From positions 3,969,374-4,029,373 of the forward strand of contig MU054220.1 of assembly GCA_013239625.1 (NCBI GenBank): a stretch of DNA of 60,000 nucleotides, in the 5' to 3' direction. The translations under genes were made by a program, and so were the position numbers. The notes below the pieces were generated by a model. That model ran no database searches and was not told where the DNA came from. It was given only the letters and a program-made list of their open reading frames with translations. The stretch's first letter is position 1, and each line of letters starts with the position of its first letter. Origin of the DNA: Lama guanicoe. Lineage: Eukaryota. Below, in pieces: positions 58,441 through 60,000 of this stretch.

Positions 58441-58874
58441 GGAAAAAGGAGAAAAGGAGGAGTAAACTCTGTCATTCACTTTTTGTTCATGCGTTTGCTC
58501 ACTCATTCATTCATCATTCATGACTCATCCACTCCCTTTTTACTGAATGCTTATTGTACACCAGGAAACAGTGAATGAGGACAGGCTCACCTCTGTCCTC
58601 CTCAGTCCCCTAGCAGGAAAGGTAGGTGTCTTGTAAACAGGCAGTTGAACCCTTATTAATGACAGTGAATTACAGAAAAGGCTGCCTTACAGAACGGCCT
58701 AGCAAGGCTGGATCATTGCCTTCAAGAGCAAAACCACGTCCATTTGATGCATCCATGTACACTGGGTCCCTAGTAGGTCCTTTATGAATCTTTTTCCAGT
58801 GAATGAATGAATGAATGAACAAACAAGTCACCTGTAGATCAGAAAAGCCTTTCCTGAAGAACAGAGGTCTGAAA

Positions 58875-59125
58875 TAATATCTCCCAAGTGGAGAACCAGT
58901 GAGTTCCATGAAGAAAAGAGAAGAATTTCTATTTATTTTTATTTCTCAATTTTAAAAATAAGAAACTGCCATTTTTCTTTGATGTTTTATATACAGATCG
59001 ATGACAGGATAAGTGGTATGTGTATGAAGTTCATAAATAGCTCTACATGCAGTTGGGAGGGGGCTGGTGTGTTCGGTATTTTTACTGCTGGGAAGAGGTA
59101 CGTGATCAAAAGAGTTGGGAGACTC
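58875..59125. mobile_element. MER113-like hAT remnant
   Basis: End 'tttttactgctgggaagaggtacgtgatcaaaagagttgggagact'. Confidence 0.5.
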
Positions 59126-59127
59126 CT

Positions 59128-59485
59128 TGCCTTGATCAGCTTGGGCTGCCGCCACAAAATACCATCCGCTGGGTGGCTTAAACAACGGAAATTTATTTCC
59201 CAGAGCTTTGGAGGCTGGAACGTCCAAGATCAAGGTGCTGGCTGATTTGATTCCTGGTGAGGGCTCTCTTCCTGGCTTGCAGATGGCTGCCTTCCCTCTG
59301 TGTCCTGACGTGGCTTGTGTACACGTGGGTGGGGAGAGAGAGTTCCCTCTTTCTTCCTCTTCTGATAAGGCCACCTACCCTATCAGGTTAGGTCCCCATC
59401 CTATGACCTCATTTAACCTTAATTACCTCCAAATACAATCACATGGAAAGTTAGGGCTTCAACACATGAATCTTGGGGGGCACAC
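59128..59485 (-). mobile_element. MaLR solo LTR (MLT1A0-like)
   Basis: 'gggtggcttaaacaacggaaatttatttc...tccaagatcaaggtgctggc...ggtgagggctctcttcctggcttgcagatggc...gacctcatttaaccttaattacctcc'. Confidence 0.9.
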
Positions 59486-60000
59486 CCCTGGTCAAAAGGA
59501 TGGAGGGGTGAGGCTCTGGGTGAAGGGTGAAGGTGCTGGGAGAAGGGAACCCACATTCTAGAAGCAGTGGCTGCTTCAAAGGCCCTGACATGGGCATGAG
59601 TTTGGGGAGATGAGGAACAAAATTCCCACCTTTCCATCTTCCATTCTTAGAAGAGTATTTCTTCTCTCTCATCCTACTTCGTGCTGGTGTGAACCTAATA
59701 CTTTTCCAGATGCGCAAACAACACGGGAGGTGGAGTCAGAGGATCAGCTGTGATCCCAAGGGGTTTCTGGACCAGGGTGGGGGGCGGGTTGGGATGGCTC
59801 AGTGGAGGCAGTGATGATACAAAGATGTGGCGCAGGTGTCATGGCGCCGTGGGCACCCCAGGCAAACATCTAAGGCATGAAGTTCCATTCTCCACTCTCC
59901 TGGCGCCAAGACTCCCCCCTCCCCCCTCCCTCTCCAGTCTCTCCTTGCCCAGCTCAGGCTTCCACCTGGAGTACCCCCAGGACCCACTGGGGCCTTCCCA

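Overview
Mammalian, GC-rich, non-coding genomic DNA. A tRNA-Ala-derived SINE (28347-28489) and a cetartiodactyl-type L1 3' end (30129-30960), with no Alu, B1, Bov-tA or PRE1 elements, point to a camelid (inference). I recognise no protein-coding exon; the short ORFs look like chance frames in GC-rich or repeat DNA. Ancient MIR, L2, hAT (MER) and ERVL/MaLR LTR remnants dominate the window. A CpG-island promoter (~25.6-26.6 kb) has candidate non-coding first exons on both strands. There are also two co-oriented CTCF motifs and several enhancer-like islands. The two most unusual structures are a 1644-bp tandem duplication (2690-5977), whose six visible substitutions all lie at its edges, and a 96-bp L1-mobilised retrocopy with a 20-bp target-site duplication inside a MER5 element. 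I found no convincing novel multi-gene system. Old-repeat boundaries are approximate (tens of bp), and family names come from recalled consensus motifs, not from a search.
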